A DNA stretch of 64,000 nt from Hydrogenophaga sp. (GCA_011391595.1 JAABQG010000015.1:702-64701); one strand, 5' to 3'; counted from the first letter of the stretch, positions 1 to 12,806 are shown. The notes: generated by a model from the letters alone, not told the origin. Numbers and translations: made by a program.

Positions 1-1
1 C

Positions 2-262
2 GCTGCGGACCTGCCGCGCGGCCTGTTGCTCGACGCTCTGTGGACGGGATGGCTGGAAACCGCACTCGGACTGGGTTGCACCGCCATCGTCTGCAACCAC
101 GCGCTGTGGGACACATCGAGCGTGATGCAGGCGAAAAGTGCCGGATTCAGACTGTTGAGCTACACCGTGAACGACGAATGGGCCGCCCAGCGCCTGATCG
201 AACTCGGGACCGACGGCATCATCACCGACCGGGTGGACCTGTTCGCTCCCTGCGACGCTTAA
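2..262 (+). CDS. glycerophosphodiester phosphodiesterase (GDPD family), C-terminal fragment; 5' end outside window
   Basis: Frame is open from the window edge (track M at 26 is an internal TTG). C-terminus LLSYTVNDEWAAQRLIELGTDGIITDRVDLF resembles UgpQ-type GDPD proteins. Confidence 0.65.
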   Translation, partial: AADLPRGLLLDALWTGWLETALGLGCTAIVCNHALWDTSSVMQAKSAGFRLLSYTVNDEWAAQRLIELGTDGIITDRVDLFAPCDA

Positions 263-400
263 CGGCTGACGGTTGAGCCTTCACGCCGAAAGGGCGGGCC
301 CGTCGCCCACCGGCGCCAAAGCCACAAATCTTGATTTAGAGCAATTCCCTTGGAGCCTTCTTTTTCGCGCCAATCCGTGCCGTGGCCCTGGAGCAGAAGA

Positions 401-715
401 CTATTTCTTCCAGCCACCCAGTTGCCACCACTGGCTGGTGGCCATGGCCAGCACCAAAGCCAAGTAGGTCAGCATCTTGCCGTCGCGCCCGAAAAACACC
501 AGTCCGCCTGCCAGAACGCCAGCGCCAACAATGAAATTGATAGCTGCTTGCCGCCAAATGGCGATGGCAAAAGACCTTTTCTTCATGAAAAATGGACTGA
601 TCACGGCCAACAGCAACGCCACCCCCAGCGCGGGCGCGAAAAAATTCAGCAGGTGATCAAGGATTTCGAACGGGCCCATCGGAAAGCTATGAGGATGGCC
701 TCGTTTTCCGGCCAT
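401..715 (-). CDS. hypothetical small integral membrane protein (about 3 TM helices)
   Basis: 104-aa ORF with ATG start (alternative ATG at 679). Hydrophobic stretches LLNFFAPALGVALLLAVISPFF, AINFIVGAGVLAGGLVFF, LTYLALVLAMATSQWW. No family recognised; divergent from hemA. Confidence 0.45.
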   Translation of the reverse strand: MAGKRGHPHSFPMGPFEILDHLLNFFAPALGVALLLAVISPFFMKKRSFAIAIWRQAAINFIVGAGVLAGGLVFFGRDGKMLTYLALVLAMATSQWWQLGGWKK

Positions 716-749
716 CGGTCAAGGTTAGGAACATTGACCAAGTCAATTT

Positions 750-755
750 TATAAT
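750..755 (+). promoter_or_regulatory. candidate -10 box (TATAAT) 6 nt upstream of the hemA ATG; possible leaderless transcript
   Basis: Perfect TATAAT at 750-755 and hemA ATG at 762. No Shine-Dalgarno in between (tataatcacacgATG) and no good -35 at 17 +/- 1 bp. Confidence 0.3.
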
Positions 756-761
756 CACACG

Positions 762-2045
762 ATGGCAGTCTGGGCTTTGGGCATCAATCACACGACCGCG
801 CCGCTGGATCTGCGCGGCCGTTTTGCGTTTGCCATCGACCAGATCGAACCCACACTGCAGGCCTTGCGCCAGTCATTCTCTCGTCACCCCGAGGCGGCGA
901 TCATCTCCACCTGCAACCGCACGGAGATCTACTGCGCCGGAGAAAACCCCCAGCTCGACCACACGCTGGACTGGCTGGCCCATGCCGGCGGGGTGTCGCC
1001 AACGGTGCTGCGCTCCCACACCTACACCCTGGAAGACGCGCTGGTCGCCCGACATGCCTTTCGCGTGGCCAGCGGCCTGGATTCCATGGTGCTGGGCGAG
1101 CCGCAGATTCTGGGCCAGATGAAAAGTGCGGTGCGCGCCGCGGAAGAAGCCGGCGCCCTGGGCACCACACTGAATCAGATGTTCCAGCGCAGTTTTGCTG
1201 TGGCCAAGGAGGTGCGAACCTCGACCGAGATCGGCGCACATTCCATCAGCATGGCCGCTGCAGCCGTAAGACTGGCGGGTCAGCTGTTCGAAGACCTGGG
1301 AGATGTCCGCGTGCTGTTTGTCGGCGCGGGCGAAATGATTGAACTCGCGGCCACGCACTTTGCCGCCAAAAATCCCAAGTCCATCGCCATTGCCAACCGC
1401 ACGCTGGAACGCGGCGAAAAGTTGGCCGTGCGCTTTGGCGGCGAAGTGATGCGGCTGGCCGACCTGCCCGACCGTTTGCATGAATTCGACGCCGTGGTCA
1501 GCTGCACGGCGAGCACCCTGCCGATCATCGGCCTGGGCGCGGTGGAGCGTGCGCTCAAGAAGCGCAGGCATCGCCCGATGTTCATGGTCGATCTGGCCGT
1601 GCCGCGCGACATCGAGCCCGAAGTCAAGGCGCTCGAAGACATCTACCTCTACACCGTGGACGACCTCGCCGGCGTGGTGCAGACCGCACAGGCCAACCGG
1701 CAGGCGGCGGTGGCGCAGGCCGAGGTGATCATCGATGCCGGCGTGCTGAGCTTCATGCACTGGATGGTGCAGCGCGACCCGGTCAATGGCGTCGTGCCCC
1801 TGATCCAGCAGCTCAACGCCCAGGCCGACGAGTGGCGCGTCGCAGAAATCGCGCGCGCGCGCAGGCTGCTGGCCAAGGGCGAGGATGTCGATGCGGTGCT
1901 CGAAGCCCTGTCCCGCGGCCTGACCCAGAAGATGCTGCACGGCGCCATGGCCGAACTCCATTCGGGCGACCCGACGCATCGCGAGCAGACCACGCAGGCG
2001 ATCAACCGGCTGTTCTTGCGTTCCCAAGGCAAAAATCGCCTTTAG
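762..2045 (+). CDS. hemA: glutamyl-tRNA reductase
   Basis: 427 aa. N-terminus [19 protein letters not shown] and NADP-binding VGAGEMIEL are typical HemA. Followed by prfA-prmC as in many proteobacteria. Confidence 0.95.
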   Translation: MAVWALGINHTTAPLDLRGRFAFAIDQIEPTLQALRQSFSRHPEAAIISTCNRTEIYCAGENPQLDHTLDWLAHAGGVSPTVLRSHTYTLEDALVARHAFRVASGLDSMVLGEPQILGQMKSAVRAAEEAGALGTTLNQMFQRSFAVAKEVRTSTEIGAHSISMAAAAVRLAGQLFEDLGDVRVLFVGAGEMIELAATHFAAKNPKSIAIANRTLERGEKLAVRFGGEVMRLADLPDRLHEFDAVVSCTASTLPIIGLGAVERALKKRRHRPMFMVDLAVPRDIEPEVKALEDIYLYTVDDLAGVVQTAQANRQAAVAQAEVIIDAGVLSFMHWMVQRDPVNGVVPLIQQLNAQADEWRVAEIARARRLLAKGEDVDAVLEALSRGLTQKMLHGAMAELHSGDPTHREQTTQAINRLFLRSQGKNRL

Positions 2046-2049
2046 TCCA

Positions 2050-2086
2050 TCGTCCGCTGGTCGCATATAGCTACATTTTCAGTAGC
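2050..2086. repeat. degenerate copy of the dispersed GTAG two-hairpin repeat (hairpin GCTAC-attttca-GTAGC at 2070-2086, preceded by ccgctgg)
   Basis: hemA-prfA gap: tcgtccgctggtcgcatataGCTACattttcaGTAGC. It shares the GCTAC-N7-GTAGC hairpin and the ggtcgc/ggacgc segment with the copies at 11010 and 34646. Confidence 0.35.
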
Positions 2087-2105
2087 GACTACTTTCTTTT
2101 CCTGC

Positions 2106-3212
2106 ATGAAACCCTTTCTCAGAAGCCAGCTCGAGCGCTACGCGCAACGCCACGGCGAGCTCGACTTCCTGCTGTCGCGCGAGGACATCATGTCCGACAT
2201 GGCCCAGTTCCTGAAACTCTCGCGCGAGCACGCCGAAGTCACGGTGATCGCCGGACGCTACGCCCGCCTCCAGCAGCGCGAATCCGACCTGGCCGCCGCA
2301 CAGGAGATGCTGGCCGACCCGGACATGGCCGACATGGCGCAGGAGGAAATCGCCAGTGCCCAGCGCGAATTGGCCCAGCTCGACGCCGAACTGCAGCGCC
2401 TGCTGCTGCCGCGCGACCCGGATGATGCCCGCAACGCCTTTATTGAAATCCGCGCCGGCACCGGCGGCGACGAATCCGCGCTGTTTGCCGCCGATCTGTT
2501 GCGCATGTACACCCGCTACGCCGAGCGCCAGGGGTGGAAAGCTGAAATCGTCAGCGAATCCCCCAGCGAGCTGGGCGGCTACAAGGAGGTCGTGGTCCGC
2601 ATCGAGGGCACGGGCACCGACGCTGCGAGCGGCGTTTATGGCCAGTTGCGCTTCGAGTCCGGCGGCCACCGGGTGCAGCGCGTGCCGGCGACCGAGACCC
2701 AGGGCCGTATCCACACCAGCGCCTGCACCGTGGCAGTGCTGGCCGAACCCGACGAGCAGGAGGCCATCAAGATCAACCCGTCGGACCTGCGCATCGACAC
2801 CTACCGTGCCAGTGGGGCGGGTGGCCAGCACATCAACAAGACCGATTCGGCCGTGCGCATCACGCACATTCCCACGGGCATCGTGGCCGAATGCCAGGAC
2901 GGCCGCAGCCAGCACAGCAACAAGGCCCAGGCGCTCAAGGTGCTCACGGCCCGCATCCATGAAAAGGATCGCTCCGAACGCGCCGCCAAAGACGCGGCAG
3001 AGCGCAAGGGCCTGATCGGCAGCGGAGACCGGAGCGACCGCATCCGTACCTACAATTTCCCACAGGGTCGCCTGACCGACCACCGCATCAACCTGACGCT
3101 CTACAAGCTGCTGGCCATCATGGAGGGCGACCTGAGCGAGGTAGTTGCGGCGTTGCGCGCCGCGCGCGAAGCCGAGCAACTGGCCGAGCTGGAAGTCGGC
3201 GTACCGGCCTGA
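2106..3212 (+). CDS. prfA: peptide chain release factor 1
   Basis: 368 aa. RF1-specific PAT tripeptide ([10 protein letters not shown]) and GGQ motif ([11 protein letters not shown]). Confidence 0.97.
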   Translation: MKPFLRSQLERYAQRHGELDFLLSREDIMSDMAQFLKLSREHAEVTVIAGRYARLQQRESDLAAAQEMLADPDMADMAQEEIASAQRELAQLDAELQRLLLPRDPDDARNAFIEIRAGTGGDESALFAADLLRMYTRYAERQGWKAEIVSESPSELGGYKEVVVRIEGTGTDAASGVYGQLRFESGGHRVQRVPATETQGRIHTSACTVAVLAEPDEQEAIKINPSDLRIDTYRASGAGGQHINKTDSAVRITHIPTGIVAECQDGRSQHSNKAQALKVLTARIHEKDRSERAAKDAAERKGLIGSGDRSDRIRTYNFPQGRLTDHRINLTLYKLLAIMEGDLSEVVAALRAAREAEQLAELEVGVPA

Positions 3213-3255
3213 GCATGCCGTTTCGTCTGAATAAATGAGCTTTTTCGACATTTCT

Positions 3256-3295
3256 CCAGCGTCGAATGGTCATTCAATGCTATGAATTCAGTAGC
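3256..3295 (-). repeat. dispersed GTAG two-hairpin repeat (REP-like), copy in prfA-prmC gap
   Basis: ccagcgtcgaatggtcattcaatGCTAtgaattcagTAGC. The first 14 nt are identical to the copy at 11010; the GC hairpin is partly degraded. Confidence 0.55.
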
Positions 3296-3355
3296 TTTCT
3301 GCCGCTTGATGCGAGCCCGTAATGCGCTGACCCGCAACGTCTTGGGCGTCGCACC

Positions 3356-4282
3356 GTGACGACCTCGCCGCGCAGCACCCTTGCCCAGGTCCTTGCAGGC
3401 GCCCATACCCGCGGCGTGCCACGGGTCGACGCGCAGATGCTGCTGCTGCACGCACTCGGCCATGCGCCGCATGATCGGGCGTGGCTGATCGCCCATGACG
3501 CCGATGCACTGCCCGTCGAGGCGGCCCGGCGCTTCGAGATGCTGGTACAGCGCCGCCTTGGGAATGAACCGGTGGCCTACCTCACTGGCGTCAAGGAATT
3601 CTTTGGCCTGCAGTTGCAGGTGGACGACCGCGTGCTGGACCCCCGACCGGACACCGAGACGCTGGTGGCGTGGGCGCTGGAAGTGCTGGGCACCAGGAAT
3701 GATGCGGCGCCCGATGCGCCTGGCGGCCCGCTCGGGCTCGTGGACCTGGGCACGGGCAGCGGCGCCATTGCACTGGCCGTGAAGCACGCCCGGCCCGATG
3801 TACAGGTCACCGCCGTGGATGCCAGCGCCAGTGCACTGGCGGTTGCACAGGGCAACGCCGCTCGCCTGCGCCTTCCGGTGCGCTTCATCAAAGGTTCGTG
3901 GCTGGGCAATGTGAGCGGCCACTACCATGTCATCGTCGCCAATCCACCCTACATTGCGGCTGGTGACCCCCATCTGGCTGCGTTGATCCATGAGCCATTG
4001 GCCGCACTGGCCAGCGGGCAGGATGGCCTGGACGACATTCGCCTGATCATCCGGCAAGCGCCAGCCCACCTGCTGCCAGGCGGCTGGCTGCTGCTGGAAC
4101 ACGGCTGGGACCAGAGTAAATCCGTCCACGCCCTGCTGGAGGAGGCCGGTTTCACAGCCGTACAAAGCCGGTCCGACCTGGCCGGTATCCTGCGCTGCAC
4201 CGGGGGGCAATGCCCGCAGACCCTGGCCCCAGGGAGCCCAAATACCGCTGCGCCGGGCGGACACGGGCGCAAGGTGAAATAA
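3356..4282 (+). CDS. prmC: release factor glutamine N5-methyltransferase
   Basis: 308 aa with GTG start. SAM-binding DLGTGSGAIAL and NPPY motif (IVANPPYI). Immediately downstream of prfA. Confidence 0.9.
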   Translation: MTTSPRSTLAQVLAGAHTRGVPRVDAQMLLLHALGHAPHDRAWLIAHDADALPVEAARRFEMLVQRRLGNEPVAYLTGVKEFFGLQLQVDDRVLDPRPDTETLVAWALEVLGTRNDAAPDAPGGPLGLVDLGTGSGAIALAVKHARPDVQVTAVDASASALAVAQGNAARLRLPVRFIKGSWLGNVSGHYHVIVANPPYIAAGDPHLAALIHEPLAALASGQDGLDDIRLIIRQAPAHLLPGGWLLLEHGWDQSKSVHALLEEAGFTAVQSRSDLAGILRCTGGQCPQTLAPGSPNTAAPGGHGRKVK

Positions 4283-4312
4283 TCCCTCTCTTGATTTCCA
4301 TGGAGCAATGAA

Positions 4313-4636
4313 ATGAGCGACACCCAACAACGCATCGACGATCTGGTGAAATCCAGCGACGTGGTGCTTTTCATGAAGGGCAGCGCCAGCTTCCCGATGT
4401 GCGGTTTTTCGGGCCGGGCCATCCAGATCCTCAAGGCCTGCGGCGTCGACCCGAAAGCCGTCAAGACGGTCAACGTGCTCGATGACGACGCCATCCGGCA
4501 GGGCATCAAGGAATACAGCCGCTGGCCGACGATTCCACAGCTCTATGTCAAGGGCGAGTTCATCGGCGGCTCCGACATCATGATGGAGATGTACGAGTCG
4601 GGTGAACTGGTCCAGGTGCTGGGGACGGCCGGCTGA
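4313..4636 (+). CDS. grxD: monothiol glutaredoxin (Grx4 family)
   Basis: 107 aa. CGFS active site (FPMCGFSGRA); ggag Shine-Dalgarno about 8 nt upstream. Confidence 0.93.
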   Translation: MSDTQQRIDDLVKSSDVVLFMKGSASFPMCGFSGRAIQILKACGVDPKAVKTVNVLDDDAIRQGIKEYSRWPTIPQLYVKGEFIGGSDIMMEMYESGELVQVLGTAG

Positions 4637-4677
4637 ATCGAATTTGCTTCGCTCCCGATAAGGGCTGCACGTGATCC

Positions 4678-4701
4678 AAAGCCACCTCCGGGTGGCTTTT
4701 T
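4678..4701 (+). terminator. rho-independent terminator after grxD
   Basis: aaaGCCACCtccGGGTGGCttttt: GC stem followed by a T-run. Confidence 0.75.
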
Positions 4702-4803
4702 CATGCCGGGTTTCAGGCTGCCGTCACGGGGGTGCGCGGGGAGAAGGCGCCATGGACCTGGCTACACTTGATGGCCCGCCTCCGATGGCGGGACGAGACG
4801 CCC

Positions 4804-6144
4804 ATGAGCCTCACCCAAAGCCTGCTTGCCATTGTCGCCCTGATTGCCGCCAGCGCATTTTTTGCCGTGGCCGAGATCTCGCTGGCCGCCTCGCGGCGAC
4901 TGCGCCTGCGCCAGATGGCCGACGAGGGCGACAGCCGTGCGGAGCGGGTGCTGAAAATCCAGGAACAGCCCGGGCAGTATTTCACCGTGGTGCAGATTGG
5001 ACTGAACGCCATCACCATCATGGGCGGCATCGTCGGCGAAGGCGCGTTGAGCCCGACTTTCAAGGACCTCTACAACGGCTGGATGAGTCCCGAGCGTGCC
5101 GAGACCGCGGGTTTCGTCACCTCATTTCTGATCGTGACATCGCTGTTCATCGTGTTTTCCGACCTGTTTCCGAAGCGCCTGAGCATGGCCGAGCCGGAGA
5201 AGCTGGCGGTTCGCGTCGCCAGGCCCATGCTGTGGTGCATGGCGGTCTTCAAGCCCGTGGTCTGGATCTACAGTCGCGCCACCGACGGGCTTTTCCGCCT
5301 GCTGGGCCTGTCGGCGCAGCGGGACGACCGGGTGACGTCCGATGACATTCTGGCCCTTGCCGAAGCCGGCGCGCAAGCCGGTGTGCTGGCTCGACGCGAG
5401 CAGCAGGTCATCACCAACGTGTTCGAGCTGGACACCCGCACCGTCGGCAGCGCCATGACCCCAAGGGATCGGATCGCCTGGTTCAACCAGGATGACGCGG
5501 ACACCATCATCCGCTTGCGCATCGCCGCAGAGCCGTTTTCGACCTACCCGGTGTGCGATGGCGACCTCGACCACCTGATCGGTTATGTGGACGCCAAGGA
5601 CCTGTTCCAGCGCGTGCTGAACAACCAGCCGATCAGCCTGACCGACCCGGCTCTGCTGCACAAGGCCGTCGTGGTGCCGGACCGCCTGACGCTGGCCGAA
5701 GTGCTGGCGCATTTCAGGGAGGTTCGCGAGGACTTTGCCGTCATCGTCAGCGAATACAGCACCGTGGTGGGCGTGGTGACGCTCAATGACGTGATGAGCA
5801 CGGTGATGGGTGACCTGGTCACCACCCAGGATGAGGAACTCATCGTGAAGCGCGACGAGCACTCGTGGCTGATCGATGGCGCCACACCCGTGCAGGACGT
5901 GCAGCGCGCCCTGGGCATTGACGAAATGCCCTTTGAGGGCGAGTATGAAACGCTGGCGGGCTTCCTGATGGTGATGCTGCGCCGCGTGCCCCGGCGCACC
6001 GACCGTGTGGACTGGGGCGGCCACCGTTTCGAAGTGCTGGACGTGGACAGCTACCGCGTGGATCAGGTGCTGGTGTCCAGGCTGGACGCCCCAGGCAGTG
6101 CGATGGATACGGCGGCGGCGGGCAACGCGTTCAGACCCCGTTGA
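4804..6144 (+). CDS. CNNM/DUF21 - CBS pair - CorC_HlyC domain membrane protein (TlyC/CorC family, putative divalent-cation efflux)
   Basis: Track ORF 4732 trimmed to ATG 4804 (MSLTQSLLAIVALIAASAFFAVAEISLAASRR, typical DUF21 start). C-terminal CorC_HlyC-like region (EYETLAGFLM). 3' end overlaps the convergent SLT gene by 14 nt. Confidence 0.88.
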   Translation: MSLTQSLLAIVALIAASAFFAVAEISLAASRRLRLRQMADEGDSRAERVLKIQEQPGQYFTVVQIGLNAITIMGGIVGEGALSPTFKDLYNGWMSPERAETAGFVTSFLIVTSLFIVFSDLFPKRLSMAEPEKLAVRVARPMLWCMAVFKPVVWIYSRATDGLFRLLGLSAQRDDRVTSDDILALAEAGAQAGVLARREQQVITNVFELDTRTVGSAMTPRDRIAWFNQDDADTIIRLRIAAEPFSTYPVCDGDLDHLIGYVDAKDLFQRVLNNQPISLTDPALLHKAVVVPDRLTLAEVLAHFREVREDFAVIVSEYSTVVGVVTLNDVMSTVMGDLVTTQDEELIVKRDEHSWLIDGATPVQDVQRALGIDEMPFEGEYETLAGFLMVMLRRVPRRTDRVDWGGHRFEVLDVDSYRVDQVLVSRLDAPGSAMDTAAAGNAFRPR

Positions 6145-6816
6145 AGAGCCAGTTGCGCTGTGCCGCGAAGACGGCATCGGGGTACGCGGCCTTGCCGCGC
6201 GAGCCGTTGTAACGACCCAGCGCCAGGAACAGGTCGCCGCGCTCGCGGTCCAGGTAGTGGCGCAGAATGACGCAGCCAAAACGCAGGTTGGTCTGCATGT
6301 GAAACAGCCGCGCGGCATCGCCGTCGCCGATCACCCGTGTCCAGAACGGCATGACCTGCATGTAGCCGCGCGCACCGACCGGGCTGACCGCGAATTTTCG
6401 GAACGCGCTTTCGACCTGGATCAGGCCCAGCACCAATGACACATCCAGCCCGGCACGCCGGCTTTCGTACCAGACAGTCTGCAGGAATTCCCGGCGGGTG
6501 TCGTAGTCCGGCTTGCTGCGCCGCAACCGGAAAATCATCACCCCCATCCAGCGCAGGTATTTCAGGCGCGCTTCGGTATCGGGAAATTCGGGCACGGGCG
6601 GCGCGTGGTTGGCAATCGCCGCACTGAGCGCCGAGCGCACCGAATCAACCAGTGGCTCTTCAATCTGCCCTCCAGCCTGGACCAGTTTCGGAAACGATAG
6701 CGACCAGATGGCAATGGGAGCCGACGCAAGACAGGTTCGGCGAGAAACACCGCAAAGGCCCGGCGATTTGGAACCTTGCGCCCCGCTACGGGCAGGAACG
6801 ATGGCGTCGCGCAGCG

Positions 6817-6820
<4 letters not shown>
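6131..6820 (-). CDS. lytic transglycosylase (SLT domain) protein
   Basis: 229 aa. Catalytic motif [27 protein letters not shown] start overlaps the proS stop (GTGA). Confidence 0.85.
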
Positions 6821-8580
<1,760 letters not shown>

Positions 8581-8626
8581 GGTGTGGACGGCAGACGCAA
8601 TGTGGAAGGGCTAAGGGATGGGCCTC

Positions 8627-8654
8627 TTGATGCACGCGGAACGCTGTGCATAAT
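8627..8654 (+). promoter_or_regulatory. candidate sigma70 promoter for rppH (TTGATG-N16-CATAAT)
   Basis: TTGATG at 8627-8632, 16-nt spacer, CATAAT at 8649-8654, about 30 nt upstream of ATG 8684. Confidence 0.4.
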
Positions 8655-8683
8655 GGACTCAGTTAAAAATTTGGAATTTGATT

Positions 8684-9337
8684 ATGCTTGACCGGGAAGG
8701 CTTTCGGCCTAACGTCGGCATCATCCTGCTCAACCAGAGAAACCAGGTGTTCTGGGGTAAGCGCATCCGCACCCACAGCTGGCAGTTCCCGCAAGGCGGC
8801 ATTGATCGTGGCGAAACGCCCGAGCAGGCCATGTACCGAGAACTGCATGAGGAAGTGGGGCTCCATCCGGAGCACGTGCGCGTTGTGGCCCGCACCCGCG
8901 ACTGGTTGCGCTACGAGGTGCCAGACCGGTATATCCGGCGTGACGCGAGAGGCCATTACAAGGGACAGAAGCAGATCTGGTATTTGCTCCAGCTCGTCGG
9001 GCAGGACTGGGATCTGAATCTGCGCGCGACCAATCACCCGGAATTTGACGCCTGGCGCTGGAACGATTACTGGGTGCCCTTGGACGCGGTGGTGGAATTC
9101 AAGCGCGGCGTTTACGAAATGGCATTGATCGAGCTGGCGCGCTTCCTTCCGCGCACGGAGTATCGCAACCGATTCCTCCGCGGCGGCTTGCGTCAGCGCG
9201 ATGCCGCTCAGGAGCCGGCCCACGACGGCAGGACAGGCGCATCGTTCGACCTGCCGCCCGGTGCGACTTTCGACCCTGGCCCCCAGTCCAGCCAGCAGGT
9301 CCTGAACGGTGACGATCCAGACTATGCACCCCTTTAA
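8684..9337 (+). CDS. rppH: RNA pyrophosphohydrolase
   Basis: ATG at 8684 (track M at 8678 is TTG). [16 protein letters not shown]-terminus and Nudix box [23 protein letters not shown]. Confidence 0.92.
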   Translation: MLDREGFRPNVGIILLNQRNQVFWGKRIRTHSWQFPQGGIDRGETPEQAMYRELHEEVGLHPEHVRVVARTRDWLRYEVPDRYIRRDARGHYKGQKQIWYLLQLVGQDWDLNLRATNHPEFDAWRWNDYWVPLDAVVEFKRGVYEMALIELARFLPRTEYRNRFLRGGLRQRDAAQEPAHDGRTGASFDLPPGATFDPGPQSSQQVLNGDDPDYAPL

Positions 9338-9824
9338 GACACTGGTTCTGGCCCTGTTGCTGGCCGGCACGAGTGCCATCGGGCAGCTCATGCCCGACGA
9401 TCCGAACTGGCGCGAAAGCCCGGTCCCGCCGCCACCAGGTTTCGATGTGAATCGCCTGATCCCGCTGGAGAGTCCGAAAGGCTCCACGCTCACCTACGGC
9501 ATCGACCCGGCGACAGTGACCACAACCCCTGAAGGCATCGTGCGCTACGTGATTGTCGCAAGCAGTCGGGAGGGTGGGCAGAACGTGATGTATGAAGGCA
9601 TTCGATGCTCCAAGGCCCAGCACCGGGTCTATGCGAGGTACAACGCAAAAAGCGGCTGGTCACCCGTCAGTGACGGGGACTGGCAACCGCTGTATGGCTC
9701 TGCCGCATCGCGCCATGCGGTCACACTGGCGGAAGCTGGTGCATGCAAGGATCGGGCAGTGAACCGTTCAGCCAGTACGATCGTGCGGACGCTCAGGGGA
9801 GAGCAGCCAGCGGGCTTCGATTAG
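9324..9824 (+). CDS. exported protein, CNP1-like family (function unknown)
   Basis: ATG 9324 gives signal peptide [20 protein letters not shown] and overlaps the rppH end by 14 nt. The CNP1-like assignment is from memory of the family, not a search. Confidence 0.6.
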   Translation: MHPFKTLVLALLLAGTSAIGQLMPDDPNWRESPVPPPPGFDVNRLIPLESPKGSTLTYGIDPATVTTTPEGIVRYVIVASSREGGQNVMYEGIRCSKAQHRVYARYNAKSGWSPVSDGDWQPLYGSAASRHAVTLAEAGACKDRAVNRSASTIVRTLRGEQPAGFD

Positions 9825-9860
9825 GCGCCGGACGCTCTGGCCGTTTGGCGTTCTGCTGAC

Positions 9861-10997
9861 TCAGCGCGTCAACACCAGGTTGTCTCGATGGACCATTTCG
9901 GGCTCGGCGGCATAACCAAGCAGCGCCTCAAACTCGCCGGAGGGCCTGCGGCACAGCAGCCTGGCTTCGGCGCTCGCATAGTTGGCCAGTCCGCGGCCGA
10001 TTTCATTTCCCGAGGGATCGCGTACCGCAATGACGTCGCCGCGGGAAAAGTCACCGTCCACCGAGGTCATGCCAATGGGCAGGAGGCTCTTGCCGTCTTG
10101 TCGCAGCTTCAGGGCGGCACCCTGGTCCACGGTGACGGCACCGCGCAATTGCAGGTGATCGGCCATCCATTGCTTTCGCGCCTGCTGCTTGGCTGTCTGC
10201 GCAGTCAACAGGGTGCCGATCGGTTCGCCGCGCGCCAGGCGGATCAGCACATCAGGCTCGCGACCCCAGGCGATCACTGTCGAAGCGCCTGAACCTGCCG
10301 CGCGTTTGGCGGCAAGTATCTTGGTGATCATGCCACCGCGGCCGATGTTGGAGCCAGCGCCACCGGCCATCACTTCAAGCGCGGGATCGCCGGCGCGAGC
10401 ATTGTGAACAAAAGTGGCCATCGGGTCCTTGCGCGGATCGGCGGTGTAGAGTCCGTTCTGGTCTGTCAGGATGATGAGGGCATCCGCTTCAACCAGGTTG
10501 GCCACCAGCGCACCGAGGGTGTCGTTGTCGCCGAACTTGATTTCGTCATTGACCACGGTGTCGTTCTCGTTGATGACCGGCAATACATGCAGCTTCAACA
10601 GGGTGAGCAGCGTGGAGCGGGCATTCAGGTAGCGCTCGCGGTCCGCCAGGTCGGCGTGCGTCAGCAGCACCTGGGCGCTGCCAAGGCCGTTTTCACGTAG
10701 CTTGGTTTCGTACATTTGCGCCAGTCCCATCTGTCCCACGGCGGCCGCGGCCTGCAGCTCATGGACCGCCTTGGGGCGGCTGGTCCAGCCGAGCCGCTTC
10801 ATGCCCTCGGCAATCGCGCCACTGGACACCATCACGACCTCCCGGCCATCGCGTGCCAGTACTGCGAGCTGGCGACACCATTCCCCGATCGCTACTTCAT
10901 CGAGCCCGCGTCCTTCGTTAGTCACCAGGCTGGACCCTACCTTGACCACAATGCGCTGTGCGTCCCGCAGCACGTCAGATGCTTTTATTAATACCAT
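9861..10997 (-). CDS. proB: glutamate 5-kinase
   Basis: 378 aa. AAK domain ([19 protein letters not shown]) plus C-terminal PUA domain. Downstream of obg as usual. Confidence 0.95.
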   Translation of the reverse strand: MVLIKASDVLRDAQRIVVKVGSSLVTNEGRGLDEVAIGEWCRQLAVLARDGREVVMVSSGAIAEGMKRLGWTSRPKAVHELQAAAAVGQMGLAQMYETKLRENGLGSAQVLLTHADLADRERYLNARSTLLTLLKLHVLPVINENDTVVNDEIKFGDNDTLGALVANLVEADALIILTDQNGLYTADPRKDPMATFVHNARAGDPALEVMAGGAGSNIGRGGMITKILAAKRAAGSGASTVIAWGREPDVLIRLARGEPIGTLLTAQTAKQQARKQWMADHLQLRGAVTVDQGAALKLRQDGKSLLPIGMTSVDGDFSRGDVIAVRDPSGNEIGRGLANYASAEARLLCRRPSGEFEALLGYAAEPEMVHRDNLVLTR

Positions 10998-11009
10998 ATT
11001 GATCTTTAA

Positions 11010-11052
11010 CCAGCGTCGAATGGACGCAAACAGCTACTTATTTTGTAGCAAT
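11010..11052 (-). repeat. dispersed GTAG two-hairpin repeat (REP-like), copy in obg-proB gap
   Basis: Plus strand ccaGCGTCgaatgGACGCaaacaGCTACttattttGTAGCaat; 31/43 ungapped identity to the copy at 34646, with both stems conserved. Confidence 0.6.
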
Positions 11053-11062
11053 CAAGACCATT

Positions 11063-12133
11063 TCAGCTGGCCGGATGACCACTGAAACGCGGATCAACGT
11101 CGATTGACGGCTGTTCGGCAACCTGTTGCGCCTTGAGGTGCTGGTAAACCGCCTTGATCAGTTTGTCGCATCCTTCATGGGTCAGCGCAGATATCTCGAA
11201 GACCGGCCCTTTGTATCGAAAACGCCGTACAAAATCCTTGACGCGCGTCTCTCGCAGGTCAGCGTCCACCATATCCAGTTTGTTCAGAACGAGCCACCGG
11301 GGCTTGGCGTACAGCTTGGGATCGTACTTCTTGAGTTCGGCCACAATGGCCTTGGCCTGCGCCACGGGGTCTACGCCTTCATCGAAGGGCGCCATATCCA
11401 CAATGTGCAACAGCAGTCGTGTCCGTTGCAGATGCCTCAGAAAGAGGTGCCCCAGGCCTGCACCATCCGAGGCGCCTTCAATCAGGCCCGGCACATCAGC
11501 GACGACAAAACTCTGCTCCGGGCCCACGCGGACCACCCCCAGGTTCGGGTGCAGCGTGGTGAACGGGTAGTCGGCAATCTTGGGACGCGCGTTCGAAATC
11601 GCGGTGATCAGCGTCGATTTCCCGGCGTTGGGCATGCCCAGCAAGCCAACGTCAGCCAGCACCTTGAGTTCCAGCTTGAGGCTTTTCCGGTCGCCCGGCC
11701 AACCTGGCGTCTTCTGTCTCGGCGCGCGGTTGATGGCGCTCTTGAATCGCATGTTGCCAAACCCGCCGTCGCCGCCCTTGGCAATCATGATCCGCTCTCC
11801 AGGTGTGAGCATTTCGTAGAGCACATCGCCTGTCTCGGCATCGGTCATGATGGTGCCGACCGGCACCTTGAGCGTGATGTCATCCCCGGCGGCTCCGAAC
11901 ATGTCCGACCCCATGCCGTGCTGCCCCCGCTTGGCCTCATGACGACGGGAAAACCGGAAATCCACCAGTGTGTTCAATGCGGGATCGGCCACCGCATAGA
12001 CATGCCCTCCACGTCCTCCATCGCCTCCATTGGGCCCGCCGAACTCCTTGTACTTCTCATGCCGGAAAGAGACGCAACCGGCTCCGCCATCACCGGCAAT
12101 GATGTCTATATAGGCTTCATCAACGAATTTCAT
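11063..12133 (-). CDS. obg: GTPase Obg/CgtA
   Basis: 356 aa. Obg fold N-terminus [28 protein letters not shown]; G1 motif GMPNAGKST. Confidence 0.96.
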   Translation of the reverse strand: MKFVDEAYIDIIAGDGGAGCVSFRHEKYKEFGGPNGGDGGRGGHVYAVADPALNTLVDFRFSRRHEAKRGQHGMGSDMFGAAGDDITLKVPVGTIMTDAETGDVLYEMLTPGERIMIAKGGDGGFGNMRFKSAINRAPRQKTPGWPGDRKSLKLELKVLADVGLLGMPNAGKSTLITAISNARPKIADYPFTTLHPNLGVVRVGPEQSFVVADVPGLIEGASDGAGLGHLFLRHLQRTRLLLHIVDMAPFDEGVDPVAQAKAIVAELKKYDPKLYAKPRWLVLNKLDMVDADLRETRVKDFVRRFRYKGPVFEISALTHEGCDKLIKAVYQHLKAQQVAEQPSIDVDPRFSGHPAS

Positions 12134-12145
12134 GAGACGTCCAGT

Positions 12146-12200
12146 TTAAACAAAGGCCCGACACGGGCTCCAAAACACCGAAGCCCCGACAAGGCGGGGC
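12146..12200 (-). terminator. two tandem terminator-like hairpins between rpmA and obg (possible attenuation point)
   Basis: Minus strand: GCCCCGccttgtCGGGGC followed by ttcggtgtttt (12171-12200), then GCCCGtgtCGGGC followed by ctttgttt (12146-12168). Confidence 0.45.
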
Positions 12201-12224
12201 TCCGATAGGTTGAGTCGACGGGCT

Positions 12225-12482
12225 TCAGGCCGGGGTCACGCTCACCGTTTGCTTGTTCATTGCGCCCTTGACGGCGAACGAAACATGCCCGTCCACCAGC
12301 GAGAACAGGGTGTGGTCCTTGCCCACGCCGACATTGCTGCCCGGATGGAACCGGGTGCCACGCTGACGAACAATGATCGCGCCAGCGCTGATCAGCTCGC
12401 CACCGAAAGCCTTCACCCCCAGCATTTTGGGCTTGGAATCGCGCCCGTTTCGCGTTGAGCCGCCGCCTTTTTTCTGTGCCAT
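12225..12482 (-). CDS. rpmA: 50S ribosomal protein L27
   Basis: 85 aa; [24 protein letters not shown]. Confidence 0.98.
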   Translation of the reverse strand: MAQKKGGGSTRNGRDSKPKMLGVKAFGGELISAGAIIVRQRGTRFHPGSNVGVGKDHTLFSLVDGHVSFAVKGAMNKQTVSVTPA

Positions 12483-12494
12483 GACCTGTGCTCC

Positions 12495-12806
12495 TTAAGC
12501 AGTGATCGCGCCGATTTGCAATTCGGTGAACTGCTGGCGATGCCCCTGGCGTTTTTGATAATGCTTGCGACGGCGCATCTTGAAGATGTGCACCTTGTCA
12601 TGCTTGCCATGGGACAGCACTGTGACTGTCACCGTTGCGCCGGACACCAGGGGTGTGCCCACCTTGAGTTCAGCGCCGTTGCCGACAGCCAGAACCTGGT
12701 CGAACACAATTTCCTGGCCTACGTCCGCAGCAATCTGTTCTACTTTAATTTTTTCGCCGGCAGCAACACGATACTGTTTGCCACCGGTTTTTATGACCGC
12801 GTACAT
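12495..12806 (-). CDS. rplU: 50S ribosomal protein L21
   Basis: 103 aa; [23 protein letters not shown]. Confidence 0.98.
   Translation of the reverse strand: MYAVIKTGGKQYRVAAGEKIKVEQIAADVGQEIVFDQVLAVGNGAELKVGTPLVSGATVTVTVLSHGKHDKVHIFKMRRRKHYQKRQGHRQQFTELQIGAITA

Noticed and set aside
734-739. TTGACC hexamer as the -35 of a hemA promoter
   Set aside because: It is only 10 nt from the TATAAT at 750-755, which is the wrong spacing for a sigma70 promoter.
4732-4803. N-terminal extensions of track ORFs (4732, 17881, 18548, 25135, 30996, 30990, 41953, 48475, 52504, 60859, 62015, 62677 and others)
   Set aside because: The extensions are Arg-rich or overlap the upstream gene. An internal ATG/GTG matches the canonical family N-terminus or signal peptide, and several track starts are TTG or GTG rendered as M.
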